From an uncultured Azospirillum sp. (GTDB lineage Bacteria; Pseudomonadota; Alphaproteobacteria; Azospirillales; Azospirillaceae): DNA of 64,000 nucleotides. The position numbers and the translations under genes were made by a program. The first letter of the stretch is position 1. The number at the start of each line of letters is the position of its first letter. The notes beneath the pieces were generated by a model that made no database searches, was not told the DNA's origin, and saw only the letters and a program-made list of their open reading frames with translations. Location of the stretch: assembly GCA_966212305.1 (NCBI GenBank), contig CBIHQY010000030.1:9018-73017 (forward strand), written 5' to 3'. Positions 10,115 to 20,358 of the stretch are shown piece after piece.

Positions 10115-10456
10115 ATGAGCAATCTCAATCTGGTCGAGACGTACGGTGCCGACGCGGTTGGCGTGGCATTGCAGAAGCTGGAGCAGGACCCAGCATTTCG
10201 TGCCGAAGCCAAAGCCGATCTGAACGCCGCTGTGCTGAAGCATTTCGGCGTCGCCTTGCCGGTGCCCATGCGGCTTATCGAGAACGACCAAGGTTTCCGG
10301 GCAGAGGTCGCAGACGCCGGAGATGGTCGCGAGTTGTCCGACCACGAGCTTGATCTGGTCGCAGGCGGCGGTGGCAGCAGCAGCACGGGGTCCGGCAAGG
10401 ACCAGGGCGTCATGGATTTTAGCAAGTCCCGCGCATCCAGGGGGCGCATCGGGTAA
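10115..10456 (+). CDS. NHLP (nitrile-hydratase-like leader peptide) family RiPP precursor candidate
   Basis: 113 aa. The leader resembles NHLP (EQDPAFRAEAKADLNAAVLKHFGVALP) and ends in ELSDHELDLVAGGGG, the double-Gly cleavage motif. A 26-aa Ser/Gly/Lys-rich tail follows. Confidence 0.6.
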   Translation: MSNLNLVETYGADAVGVALQKLEQDPAFRAEAKADLNAAVLKHFGVALPVPMRLIENDQGFRAEVADAGDGRELSDHELDLVAGGGGSSSTGSGKDQGVMDFSKSRASRGRIG

Positions 10457-10777
10457 AGGCGTAGGGTCGCCAATGAGGGGCATCCGGTTACCGGCCGGGC
10501 GAAGAAAACTCGGCCGGTGTCGAACGCCTGCCGTCCGGCGAATGGGAACGATGGCCGAACCGGGCGGTCGATTTCTCCATCTTCCAACGTTAATGAGCCT
10601 ATGCGCCGAACCGTGGTTCCGGCGCTCCACACCGGCCGGAGGTTATCGGACCTCCATCTAGATGCGGTGGGATGATGATGACGCCCCCCGATCCAGGTTA
10701 CCCAGAAAAAGACCGGTACCCGGCTGTGGGTACCGTGTCACGCGGATCCAAAGGTCGAGTTGACGGAGTGGAAGTGA

Positions 10778-11017
10778 AACGCCACCTCCGGGACAGTACT
10801 GGTCAACCCCGCTTCCGGACAGCCCTGGAACAGAATAGGATTTTCCAACGCCGTAGGTTTGGCCATCAAAGCTCATCCGGAGCTGAAGGGTTACGTTTTC
10901 CATGGTTTGCGGAAAGCCTCTGCCTCGCTGCTGGCGGAGACCGGCCGTTCGGCTCTGGAGATCGCGGCCTTCACCGGGCATATGTCACTGAAAAACCTCG
11001 AAATTTACACAGGTTAG
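10778..11017 (+). pseudogene. C-terminal remnant of a tyrosine recombinase (phage-type integrase)
   Basis: Hand translation gives ...IKAHPELKGYVFHGLRKASASLLAETGRSALEIAAFTGHMSLKNLEIYTG*. This carries the HxLR, GH and catalytic Y signature of the integrase C-terminus. An in-frame stop lies directly upstream and there is no N-terminal part. Confidence 0.6.
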
Positions 11018-11321
11018 GCGGATCGGCGACAAAGGGCGAACGCCGCCATCGGAAGCCGGAGAACCACCGGCGGAAAACGCAGGAAAATTGGGCAGGTAAC
11101 CCGTTGGAAACATTCGTTTATTGCAGATTGAAACAAAAGTTGACTTTGGCTTCCCCGGCGTGCTGTGGCACACCACTCTCGGAATTGCCGATGGTGCGGC
11201 GCCCACTCCGGAAGAAGCGTCGTATTTTCCGGCAGTGATGTCTTAACCTTTCCCGTCTCAAGTACGACACCTTTTGCGACCGGTTTCCCCCTCCACACAA
11301 GGTTCGACCAGGAACACCACC

Positions 11322-12674
11322 ATGGCCCATCGTCCGCTCGCCTGCGTGATCCTCGCCGCCGGCAAGGGCACGCGCATGAAATCCGATCTGCCCAAGGTGC
11401 TGCACCGGGTTGCCGGCCGGCCGATGGTCGGGCATGTGCTGGCCGCGGTGAAGACGCTCGACCCCGACCATGTCGTCGTCGTGGTCGGCCCCGGCATGGA
11501 CAGCGTGGCCGCCGCCGTCGCCCCCTACCCCACCGCGGTCCAGCATGAGCAGCGCGGCACCGCCGACGCCGTGCGCGCCGCCTTCGGCCTGCTGGAGGGC
11601 TTCACCGGCGACGTCATCGTGCTGTACGGCGACACGCCGCTGGTCACGCCTGACACGCTGCGCGCGCTGGTGCAGGCGCGCCGGCAGGCGGCCGACCCGG
11701 CGGTGGTGGTGCTGGGCATGCGCCCCGACGATCCCGGCGCCTATGGCCGGCTGATCCTGAACGCTCGCGGCGGGTTGGAGAAGATCGTCGAATATCTCGA
11801 CGCCAGCGAGGAGGAGCGCGCGGTCACCCTGTGCAACGCCGGCCTGATGGCGTTCGACGGCGCGCGCATGTTCGACCTGATCGGCAGCGTCGGCAACGAC
11901 AACGCCAAGTCCGAATATTACCTGACCGACGTCGTCCAGATCGCGCGCCGCGCCGGCATGGCCTGCGCCGTGGTGGAGGCCGCCCCGGCCGAGGTGGTCG
12001 GCGTCAATTCCCGCGCCGAACTGGCGGAGGTGGAAAAGCTGCTGCAGCGCCGGCTGCGCAAGGCCGCGATGGACAACGGCGCCACCCTGATCGACCCCGA
12101 CAGCACCTTCCTCAGCGTCGACACCAGGCTCGGCCGCGACGTGGTGGTCGGTCCCGGCTGCTTTTTCGGGGCCGGCGTCACGGTGGGCGACCGGGTGGAG
12201 ATCAAGCCCTATTGCCATCTGGAGGGCGTGCGCATCGACAGCGGCGCCGTCATCGGCCCCTACGCCCGCCTGCGTCCGGGTGCGGAAATCGGCCCGGACG
12301 TCCACATCGGCAATTTCGTCGAGGTCAAGAACGCGGTGATCGAGGCCGGAGCCAAGGCCAACCACCTGACCTACATCGGCGACGCCCGCGTCGGCGCCAA
12401 GGCCAACATCGGCGCCGGCACCATCACCTGCAATTACGACGGTTTCACCAAGAGCCGGACGGATATCGGCGCCGGGGCCTTCATCGGCTCCAACAGCGCG
12501 CTGGTCGCCCCGGTCGTCATCGGCGACGGCGCCATCGTCGGCGCCGGCAGCGTGGTGACGATGGCGGTGGAAGCCGACGCCCTGGCCGTCGCCCGCGGCA
12601 GCCAGAAGCTGTACGCCGGCTGGGCAAGGCGCTTCCGCGAACGGAAGCAAAACGAGAAAGCGAAAAAGGCGTAA
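11322..12674 (+). CDS. glmU: Bifunctional UDP-GlcNAc diphosphorylase / GlcN-1-P N-acetyltransferase
   Basis: MAHRPLACVILAAGKGTRMKSDLPKVLH at the N-terminus. The C-terminus has left-handed beta-helix hexapeptide repeats. Followed by glmS. Confidence 0.95.
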   Translation: MAHRPLACVILAAGKGTRMKSDLPKVLHRVAGRPMVGHVLAAVKTLDPDHVVVVVGPGMDSVAAAVAPYPTAVQHEQRGTADAVRAAFGLLEGFTGDVIVLYGDTPLVTPDTLRALVQARRQAADPAVVVLGMRPDDPGAYGRLILNARGGLEKIVEYLDASEEERAVTLCNAGLMAFDGARMFDLIGSVGNDNAKSEYYLTDVVQIARRAGMACAVVEAAPAEVVGVNSRAELAEVEKLLQRRLRKAAMDNGATLIDPDSTFLSVDTRLGRDVVVGPGCFFGAGVTVGDRVEIKPYCHLEGVRIDSGAVIGPYARLRPGAEIGPDVHIGNFVEVKNAVIEAGAKANHLTYIGDARVGAKANIGAGTITCNYDGFTKSRTDIGAGAFIGSNSALVAPVVIGDGAIVGAGSVVTMAVEADALAVARGSQKLYAGWARRFRERKQNEKAKKA

Positions 12675-12726
12675 GGTCGGTTCGGGTCTTCTCTCCGGTC
12701 GGCATCTATTCAGGAGCATCAGGTCC

Positions 12727-14553
12727 ATGTGCGGCATCATCGGCATCAACGGCATTCACGACGCGTCCCCCCGGCTGGTGGAAGGCCTGCGCCGGCTCGA
12801 ATACCGCGGCTATGACAGCGCGGGCGTCGCCACCCTGGTGAACGGCCACATCGAGCGCCGCCGCGCCGAGGGCAAGCTTGCCAACCTGGACATGAAGCTG
12901 CGCGACCAGCCGCTGTCCGGCACGGTCGGCATCGGCCACACCCGCTGGGCCACCCATGGCGGGCCGACGGAGAACAACGCCCATCCGCACGCCACCAAGC
13001 GCGTCGCCGTCGTCCACAACGGCATCATCGAGAACTACCAGGAACTGAAGGACGAGCTGACCGGCCACGGCTACGTCTTCGAAAGCGCCACCGACACCGA
13101 GGTGATCGTCCACCTCGTCACCTATTACCTGGACAAGCACGGCATGACGCCGGTCCAGGCGTCGGCCGCCGCCTTCAAGCGCTTCACCGGCGCCTTCGCC
13201 CTGGTGCTGATCTTCGCCGGCGAGCATGAGCTGATGATCGGCGCCCGCCACGGCACGCCGCTGGCCGTCGGCTATGGCGACGGCGAGATGTATCTGGCGT
13301 CGGACGCCTTCGCGCTGGCGCCGCTGACCAACCGCATCTGCTATCTGGAGGACGGCGATTGGGTCGAGGTCAGCCGCACCGCCGCCATCGTCCACGACGC
13401 CACCGACACGGTGGTCGAACGGCCGGTGAAGACCACCGCGGTGTCCGGCGCGCTGATCGGCAAGGACGGCTACCGCCATTACATGCTCAAGGAAATCTAC
13501 GAGCAGCCGCAGGTCATCGGCGACACGCTGAACGCCTACATCAACCCGGAAACCGGCACCTTCTCCCTGCCGGACTTCCCCTTCGATCTGGCCGGCGCCA
13601 GCAAGCTGACCATCGTCGCCTGCGGCACCGCCTACTATGCCGGTTTCGTCGCCAAATACTGGTTCGAGACGCTGGCCCGCATCCCGGTCGAGGTCGACAT
13701 CGCCTCTGAGTTCCGCTATCGCGAGGCCCCGCTGCCGCCGGGCGGCATCGCGCTGTTCATCTCGCAGTCGGGCGAGACGCTGGATACGCTGGAGGCGCTG
13801 CGTTACTGCAAGCGCCAGGGCCAGAAGATCCTGTCGATCGTCAATGCGCCGGAAAGCACCATCGCGCGCGAATCCGATGCCGTGCTCTACACCATGGCGG
13901 GTCCGGAGATCGGCGTCGCCTCGACCAAGGCCTTCACCACCCAGCTGACCACGCTGGCCTGCCTTGCCGTCACCGTCGGCCGCGCCCGCGGCGCCATCGA
14001 CCAGGAGCGGATGCAGCAGATCGCCCACGCCCTGCGCGAGGTCCCCGCCCGCGCCGCCGAAGTGCTGGCCCATGACGAGCGGCTGAAGGAACTGGCGCAG
14101 GAGGTGTCGGAAGCCCGCGACGTGCTCTATCTCGGCCGCGGCGCCATGTACCCGCTGGCCCTGGAAGGCGCACTGAAGCTGAAGGAAATCAGCTACATCC
14201 ACGCCGAAGGCTACGCCGCCGGCGAGTTGAAGCACGGCCCCATCGCGCTGATCGACGACAATGTGCCGGTGATCGTGCTGGTGCCGTCCGACGCCCTGTT
14301 CGAGAAGGTTGTGTCGAACGTGCAGGAGGTCTGCGCCCGCTCCGGCAAGGTGCTGCTGCTGGCCGACAAGAAGGGCATCGACAAGCTGAAGGACAAGGTC
14401 CGCTGGTCGGTCGAACTCCCGGCCTGCGACCCGCTGGTGGCGCCGCTGCTGTACGCCATTCCGGTGCAGCTGCTGGCCTATCACACGGCGGTGCTGAAGG
14501 GCACTGACGTGGACCAGCCGCGGAATTTGGCGAAGAGCGTGACTGTGGAGTAA
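12727..14553 (+). CDS. glmS: Glutamine--fructose-6-phosphate aminotransferase
   Basis: Starts MCGIIGI and ends ...RNLAKSVTVE. 608 aa, with SIS domains (SQSGETLDT). Confidence 0.97.
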   Translation: MCGIIGINGIHDASPRLVEGLRRLEYRGYDSAGVATLVNGHIERRRAEGKLANLDMKLRDQPLSGTVGIGHTRWATHGGPTENNAHPHATKRVAVVHNGIIENYQELKDELTGHGYVFESATDTEVIVHLVTYYLDKHGMTPVQASAAAFKRFTGAFALVLIFAGEHELMIGARHGTPLAVGYGDGEMYLASDAFALAPLTNRICYLEDGDWVEVSRTAAIVHDATDTVVERPVKTTAVSGALIGKDGYRHYMLKEIYEQPQVIGDTLNAYINPETGTFSLPDFPFDLAGASKLTIVACGTAYYAGFVAKYWFETLARIPVEVDIASEFRYREAPLPPGGIALFISQSGETLDTLEALRYCKRQGQKILSIVNAPESTIARESDAVLYTMAGPEIGVASTKAFTTQLTTLACLAVTVGRARGAIDQERMQQIAHALREVPARAAEVLAHDERLKELAQEVSEARDVLYLGRGAMYPLALEGALKLKEISYIHAEGYAAGELKHGPIALIDDNVPVIVLVPSDALFEKVVSNVQEVCARSGKVLLLADKKGIDKLKDKVRWSVELPACDPLVAPLLYAIPVQLLAYHTAVLKGTDVDQPRNLAKSVTVE

Positions 14554-14709
14554 AGGGGAAGACCTGAGCTTTGCATCGTCTCCGGGAAAGCGTGTCTTCA
14601 GTCGAGGATGCGCATCGCGGGGGTGATGCATGGCTCGGCATCCACCCAATCCTGATGAGGATCAGAGTGCGCCCCGCGGATTTGCAGGCGGAGAACCGGG
14701 GGGCGCCGA

Positions 14710-17700
14710 TCACAGGCCCGCAAGGATCGACGCCTCGTCCACGACGGCGAGGCTTCTGGCCAGGATGTCGAAATAGCGGCGCCTCTTCCACTGGTCGCGG
14801 TCGCCGATCACGATGATGCGGTCGCGGGCGCGGGTCAGGGCGACGTTCAGCAGGTTCGGCGCCAATGCCGCCCAGTCCATGCCGCCCGGCCGGGCCGGAT
14901 CGCCACCCAGCACCAGAAGCACCAGTTCCGCCTCCTTTCCCTGGAAGGTGTGAACGGTGCCGACGGACTGCTTGATCCAGTCGGGGTCCAGCTTGTCCCG
15001 CTCCAGCTTTTGCCGCAGGCCCTTGGCCACCTTGCGGAAGGGCGTGATCACGTACAGGCCGGGCCGGCGGCCGTTGTGCCTGCTCCCCTGCCACGCGGCG
15101 GCGATCAGCGCGCAGGCGAGGTCGCGCTGGGCCGGTATCAGATGCCCTTCCGCGCCTTCCGCCGGAATGTCGATCCAGCAGCTTTCCCCGAACAGACCGC
15201 CCGGATCGAAGGAGGCGACGCGCCCCTGCACCATCAGCCCGTCATAGGCGATGCGGTTCGCCACCGTGAACATCGGGTCCAGACAACGGCGATGCACGCG
15301 CAGCGGACTGCCCACCCACAGCGGATCGCCGTCCTCCTGCGGCAAGGCGGTGCCCAGCGGATTGGCGCGGTCGGCCAGCACCTGGGCCGAGGCCCGGACC
15401 GGATGCCAGCGGTCGGCCAGCGCGCAGCGGCGCCGGATCGCCTCGACCGCCTGCATCGGCAATGTGACCACCGGCTCCAATTGCAGAGGGTCGCCGATGA
15501 TCACCGCGCGCCGCGCCCGCCAAACCGCCCCGGCCGCGGCCTGTGGCGTCGCCTGTCCGGCCTCGTCCACGAACAGCCAGCCGATGCTTTCCCGAGCCAT
15601 GCCGTCGAACAGCCGGTCGAAGGAGGCGAAGGTGGTGGACACCACCGGCACCGCCAGACCGAAGGTCGCCCACAGGGACGCCGGCCCACCTTCGATGGCA
15701 TCGCCGGCGGTCTTGCCGGTCAGCAGATCCATGAAGCGGTTGAGGTTGGTCCACACCTTCTTCGACGCCCCGGCCAGGAAGGCGCGGTGCAGATCGAGCG
15801 CCCGAAGGAAACAGGCGACGCGCAAGTCGTGCAGTTCGGCATCCAGCCAGGGCGAGGTCTTCTGCCGCTCCTCCTCCGGCAGCGCCCGCCACGCCGCGTC
15901 GATCCGGGTGCCGGCGAAACCGCCGTCCAGCGCGGCAAGCCGGGCGTCGAACGCCGAACAGGCAATCCTTTGCTCCTCGCATCGGGCGCGGGAGGCGGCA
16001 AGCCGCCGGCGCACCTCCTCCACCTCCGCCATTCGGCGGCGGGCCTCCTCCGTCGCGGCCCGGATGGCGGCGGCAGCAGCAGACGCCAGCGCGTTCAGCA
16101 GGTCGCCGGCCCCCTGCCGATCGCCGGCTTCCTGCAACAGAGCCACTTCGGCCAGCCGGTCGTCCGACCGCAGCAGGTCGGACAAGGTCCGCCGCGCCTC
16201 GTCCCGGTCCGCCAGCGCCCGTTCGCGCTCGGCCGGAGCGGTGGCCCGGTCCCGCCTCAGCGCCTCAAGCGCGGCGAGCGTCTTCGTCCGGCGAAGATCG
16301 GCCTCGACCCCTTCGCGCTGAAGCCGGGTGACGGCGTCGCCCGCTTCGCGCCGCCGCACCTGCCACTCCCGCTGCTGTTTTGTGCCGAACAGCTTGCCGA
16401 GGAAGGACGGCCGTTCCCGTTCCAGGCGATCGTAAGTCTCGCGCTCCACGAGAAGATGGGCGTCGCAGGCGGCCACTGCCGTCTCCGCCTCGGCAAGGTC
16501 GGCCGCCAGGGATGCTTCGCTCCGGCCGGATTCCTCGATCAGGCCGTCCAGGCGGCTCACCACATCCCGGCATGCCTGTTCGCGTGCCATCGCTTCGCGG
16601 CAGCGGTCCAGACACTCCACCCACGCGGACGCCTTCGCCACCTCCTCCCGCGCCGATGCGGTGTCGATCGCGGATTGCCGTTCCGCAGCCTCGTCCTGCA
16701 GCACCCTGTCCGCCGCCGCCGCCAGGGCCGATTGGGCCGCGTCATGCTCGGTCAGGGCGTCGGACAGCGCCGCCAGGGAGTCGCGCCGGGCCTCGAACAG
16801 CGCGATGGCGTGCCGGAAGGCGTCGCGCGCCTCGGTCCAGGACGGCGCGCCGTCTTCATAGGAGGTCTTGAACAGGGTGGGCGGGACCTTCACCCGGTCG
16901 AAACGGCCGAACCAGAAGCGGTTGACGAAGGTTGACCGCTTCTCCTTGTTGCCCAGCACCGCCGCCATCATGCCCCAGCAGATGCCGGACTTGCCCGGAT
17001 TGTCCTCCGGCGCGAACAGGGTATCGGCCGCCGCGCGGAAATGATCGGCCTGATCCAGCCAGCGCGGATCGATGGCCTTCAGCGCCGGAATCTCGCGGGT
17101 GACGTTTTCCACCGCGCTGTTGTTGGACGAAGCGACGACCATTTCGAAGCCGCGAAGCCGCTCGTCGATCTCCCAGGCATGATAGTCGCTGTGCCGGACG
17201 GCGCGTTTGTCGCCGAAGGCATCGTTGGGGTGGCCGAATTGGGCCAGCGCCCGCGCGCGTTCGACGAACACCCCGACGATCAGGTCGCGCAGAAGGGTCG
17301 TCTTGCCGGTTCCCGGCGGGCCGTTGACGGAAAACACGCCACGCCCATCGCTCAGCCTGGTCAGGGCGGCGTTCACCGCCATCTGCTGCGCCATCACCAG
17401 CGGATGGCCGCCCGGTGCTGGCCAGCAGCCCGGCGGCAGGTTGGACGGGTGCAGAATCCGTTCGGCGAAGCCGGGGTCACGTACCACGTCGGTGCGCCCG
17501 CCGTCATGGCCGAACAGATAGCCGGCCAAGCCCGGGCCATGGTCGCCACGCCCGACGGCGGCGGACACACGCCCCAGATCACGCAGGAAAAAGCTGTTCA
17601 GCAGATCGGGTTCGATCTCCCCGAACCGCCCATCCTTGCGGCGCCTCAGTTCCACCCCCTTGAAGCGGGCGCGCGCGGTCAAGCCGGCCCTCGGCGCCCA

Positions 17701-18282
17701 ACCGGTTTCCCTGGCGACGATGGCGGCGATCGCGTCGCAATCGACCAGCGTCAGCGCAGGTGCATCGCCCGATGCGCAGGCCCCCTCCCCCTCCGGCACC
17801 AGGATTTCACGTTCGGCGAGGTAGTCGGTGATGCCCGTCGCCACCCGTTCCTCGACCGCACCGAAATCGCCGAAGCGCAACTCCCCCTTGGCCGCGGCGA
17901 TTTCGTTCATCGCCCACGGCACCGCCGACACGGCGGGCACGCCGAAGGGATAGCCATCGGCGGTAACGCAGAGGCAGACCAGCGACGCCTCGCCACCACG
18001 CGGACGCTCCTCGTCATCGTCGACGCCCAGCCGTTCACGCAGTTCCTCAACCACCTTCTCCATTTCGAACAGGCCGATATGGACCTGGAAGCGCCATCGC
18101 CGGTCGCGCGATTCGGCATAGGTGGCACGCATCCGTTCATGCCAGGGCAGCGTCGTCTCGTCCGCTGCCGTCCAAGCGTGATCCCTGCGGTCGTTCTTCG
18201 GCGGAGCCGCCGGAGACAGCGCTTCGATGGCCTGCCAATAATCGAGGATCGTCAGCGCGGTGTTCGTACGGTCGGGTATCAT
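14710..18282 (-). CDS. Large SF1 (Upf1/DNA2-like, COG1112-type) helicase with unknown N-terminal domain and a coiled-coil insertion
   Basis: 1190 aa. Motifs: GPPGTGKTT (I), VASSNNSAVENV (Ia), FVDEAGQATP (II), IIGDPLQLEPV, TVHTFQGKEAELVLLVLG (V), LNVALTRARDRIIVIGD (VI). About 350 aa of Ala/Arg/Glu-rich helical sequence sits between Ia and II. Confidence 0.8.
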   Translation of the reverse strand: MIPDRTNTALTILDYWQAIEALSPAAPPKNDRRDHAWTAADETTLPWHERMRATYAESRDRRWRFQVHIGLFEMEKVVEELRERLGVDDDEERPRGGEASLVCLCVTADGYPFGVPAVSAVPWAMNEIAAAKGELRFGDFGAVEERVATGITDYLAEREILVPEGEGACASGDAPALTLVDCDAIAAIVARETGWAPRAGLTARARFKGVELRRRKDGRFGEIEPDLLNSFFLRDLGRVSAAVGRGDHGPGLAGYLFGHDGGRTDVVRDPGFAERILHPSNLPPGCWPAPGGHPLVMAQQMAVNAALTRLSDGRGVFSVNGPPGTGKTTLLRDLIVGVFVERARALAQFGHPNDAFGDKRAVRHSDYHAWEIDERLRGFEMVVASSNNSAVENVTREIPALKAIDPRWLDQADHFRAAADTLFAPEDNPGKSGICWGMMAAVLGNKEKRSTFVNRFWFGRFDRVKVPPTLFKTSYEDGAPSWTEARDAFRHAIALFEARRDSLAALSDALTEHDAAQSALAAAADRVLQDEAAERQSAIDTASAREEVAKASAWVECLDRCREAMAREQACRDVVSRLDGLIEESGRSEASLAADLAEAETAVAACDAHLLVERETYDRLERERPSFLGKLFGTKQQREWQVRRREAGDAVTRLQREGVEADLRRTKTLAALEALRRDRATAPAERERALADRDEARRTLSDLLRSDDRLAEVALLQEAGDRQGAGDLLNALASAAAAAIRAATEEARRRMAEVEEVRRRLAASRARCEEQRIACSAFDARLAALDGGFAGTRIDAAWRALPEEERQKTSPWLDAELHDLRVACFLRALDLHRAFLAGASKKVWTNLNRFMDLLTGKTAGDAIEGGPASLWATFGLAVPVVSTTFASFDRLFDGMARESIGWLFVDEAGQATPQAAAGAVWRARRAVIIGDPLQLEPVVTLPMQAVEAIRRRCALADRWHPVRASAQVLADRANPLGTALPQEDGDPLWVGSPLRVHRRCLDPMFTVANRIAYDGLMVQGRVASFDPGGLFGESCWIDIPAEGAEGHLIPAQRDLACALIAAAWQGSRHNGRRPGLYVITPFRKVAKGLRQKLERDKLDPDWIKQSVGTVHTFQGKEAELVLLVLGGDPARPGGMDWAALAPNLLNVALTRARDRIIVIGDRDQWKRRRYFDILARSLAVVDEASILAGL

Positions 18283-18738
18283 CGGCGGGAGGGTTGTCGC
18301 AGAAAATCAATCTATAGCAGGCGGCGGGGCATCGACACCACCGGTTCCGGGTGAAGGGCGGGAATGCACCACCGCGTTCCGATTGATTCAGCAGGATTGG
18401 CGATGGAGCCGTGGTCTCAGCCGTGGCTGAGCCTGCGGCGTTTCCGTACAACCTGTCACCTGCTGCGAGCCGAAGAGAAACGCGCCACTTTCGATGCCAA
18501 ATCCAGGCCGATCTTGGGCCGGCGGCGCTGGAAATCGGCACGAAGACTGATGCGATGCTCATCGCGACGACAGGGTTCCAAGCTCAACTCCAGCCGATCG
18601 GGTTTCTCTTCGACGAGACGATAATCGTCATCGCCAATGGTCCGGCATCGGCGGGTGTCTGCAATGGGATCGTGCCCCTGAGCGTAGTATGGGAACTGGG
18701 TCGCTCATCAGGTTCTCCGGCCGGTCTGGCCGGACGGC

Positions 18739-19023
18739 TCAGGCTGCCACGGCGGGCAGGCTGACGAGGGGATCATCGCCGTCAGCGCCTTCTCGGCCAT
18801 CCGCCGCGGCTCCAGAAAGCCTGGAAAGCTGGAGCCCTTGCGCAAGTTTGGCAATGCACAGCTCGACGGTGCCGGCGCGGCTCTCCCAGTCGCGATCCCG
18901 GTAGCCGTTGCGCTGGACCAGCCGCTCGGCGGCAAAGCCGATCATCTCGCGCAGAACATCGGCATCCGCGCCCTTCTCAAGCATCGCGCGAAGCGCCGTC
19001 ATCTCATCGGCTATCGTGGTCAC
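18739..19023 (-). pseudogene. IS256-family transposase remnant (frameshifted, internally deleted)
   Basis: N-terminus ...LEKGADADVLREMIGFAAERL..QRNGYRDRDWESRAGTVELCIAKL. A second frame continues RKGSSFPGFLEPRRMAEKALTAMI. The ORF ends DDPLVSLPAVAA, which matches the usual IS256 C-terminus. The whole catalytic core is missing. Confidence 0.65.
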
Positions 19024-19049
19024 CCTTCGGTCGGGTTGAGGTGTGGTGA

Positions 19050-19440
19050 CCAGACTTTATCGACGAACCGCGATGACCGCCCCGCTGTGGATAACCGCCC
19101 CGCCTACGCCAGCCATGGCAGGGCGCTACGGCGGGGTCGGTTCCGCACAGCCGCTCATACCGCGTCGATGATGGCGTTCTGGTCGGGAGCGTCCAACGCT
19201 GTGCGGATGGATGGTTTTGCCGAACTTGACGGCGATCCACACCGCCAGTGCCTGGCAGGTCCAGGTGCAGACCCCATCAACGGCTAGATCGGATCGCGTA
19301 AAATCGGAATCGATTTAGAGCGTGAGTCCGATCGCCAAACATAAAGCTAAAGCGTCGTCCGTTTCATATTAAACGCACGACGCTGTAGGTCCGGCCCCTT
19401 GAACACCACGGCTGCCAAGGCCGCCCGCTCCGCGTCGGTC
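19050..19440 (-). pseudogene. IS630-family transposase N-terminal fragments
   Basis: LTDAERAALAAVVFKGPD at about 19400, and DGVCTWTCQALAVWIAVKFGKTIHPHSVGR at about 19280-19190. Both resemble the HTH / winged-helix part of IS630 transposases. Interrupted, and truncated at the IS256 fragment. Confidence 0.4.
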
Positions 19441-19851
19441 AGCCACTCCGCCCGATGTTCCTTCGGCCGGTCGAACGGTCCCGCGTCCCCTCCGCTTCGG
19501 CACCGGTCCAGCGGCGGGTGAACGGTGTCGATCGCGGCCACCGGGGCGGCGACCGAAGCGGACAGCACCACCATCTGCGCAGGCATGGTGGCAGGCATCG
19601 CGGCCGTCGGCGTGACAACCATGGCGGGGCAAACCTCCGCTGCGGAAGCCGGGTTGCCCGACGGCATGCCGATCGTCGCAAAGCCGGCCGGCAAGGGCGG
19701 CAGGACGTCCTCAAGGTCGTTGTAGTGGTTCTTGCTCCCGTTCGGCGTTGATGCGGTGGATGCGGGGAAGCCCGCGCAGCACCAGCCGCGCTAGGTAGCT
19801 GTGCTCGGCCGTCTCCGCTGCCGGCACCGGCAGGCCGACGGTGACGGCGCG

Positions 19852-20301
19852 CTACAGCACCGTGCGGGCGGCATCAAGGCGGTTGTGCCGGACGGCGTCC
19901 TCGATGGTGGCGACGGCGTCTAGCTCGGCTTGGACCCACCGGGCGATCTCCTCCGGCCCCCGCTCCCCGCCCAGGGCACGCGCCACCTCCGCCCGTTCCA
20001 GCTCGCCGAGCAGGATCGGTTGGAGGAGGGCGCGGAGCGCGCAGGTGTCGATGGTGCCGGCCAGCATGACCTCGCCGAGGAGTGCGAGCACGGCATCGAC
20101 CATGACGCTGAGACGCCGCCCTCGCTGCCGTGCGAGGTCGGCCATATTTGTCCGCAAGGAGAGACGTATCTCCCGATCGGCGCATTTTTCCGAAAAATTT
20201 TTGAGAGTGCCGTCCTCACCGGCGGTGACCCCGCATGCCGGCAGGATCCGGCGCCACCAATAGACGGAACCGCGGCGGTAGAGGTGAGGGGCAAGCGGCA
20301 T
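19852..20301 (-). pseudogene. N-terminal fragment of a tyrosine integrase of the same type as the intact island integrase
   Basis: MPLAPHLYRRGSVYWWRRILP...EIRLSLRTNMADLARQRG parallels MAHRHPNLRLQGSIWHFRRRVP...EIVRSLRTGDRLMAAARA of the 612-aa integrase. Only 149 aa, with no catalytic domain. Confidence 0.6.
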
Positions 20302-20358
20302 TGGCGGCTCCGTCTTGAGGAGCGCCGCGCGCGCGTGAGGGCACAGGCCGCTGGCACA

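Noticed and set aside
14554-14709. Terminator or att site directly after glmS
   Set aside because: Only short weak hairpins (e.g. CTGAT-gagg-ATCAG) without a T tract. No match to the 17-bp att core.
14710-18282. Calling the large SF1 helicase a Mokosh or Nhi system
   Set aside because: I found no PLD HxK(x)4D motif and no convincing PD-(D/E)xK motif, and there is no partner gene. Only the helicase class is shared, so the name would be unsupported.
12706-18354. Large ORFs antisense to glmS (12706-14649) and to the helicase (14950-16935, 15251-16321, 17041-18354)
   Set aside because: Shadow ORFs of bona fide genes. The composition is dominated by Arg, Gly, Pro and Ala, and no start context is present.
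18283-18738. Possible gene between the helicase start and the IS256 fragment (ORFs 18411-18764 plus, 18137-18562 minus)
   Set aside because: No frame shows a clear codon-bias advantage or a recognisable motif. It is probably IS-associated debris and is left unannotated.
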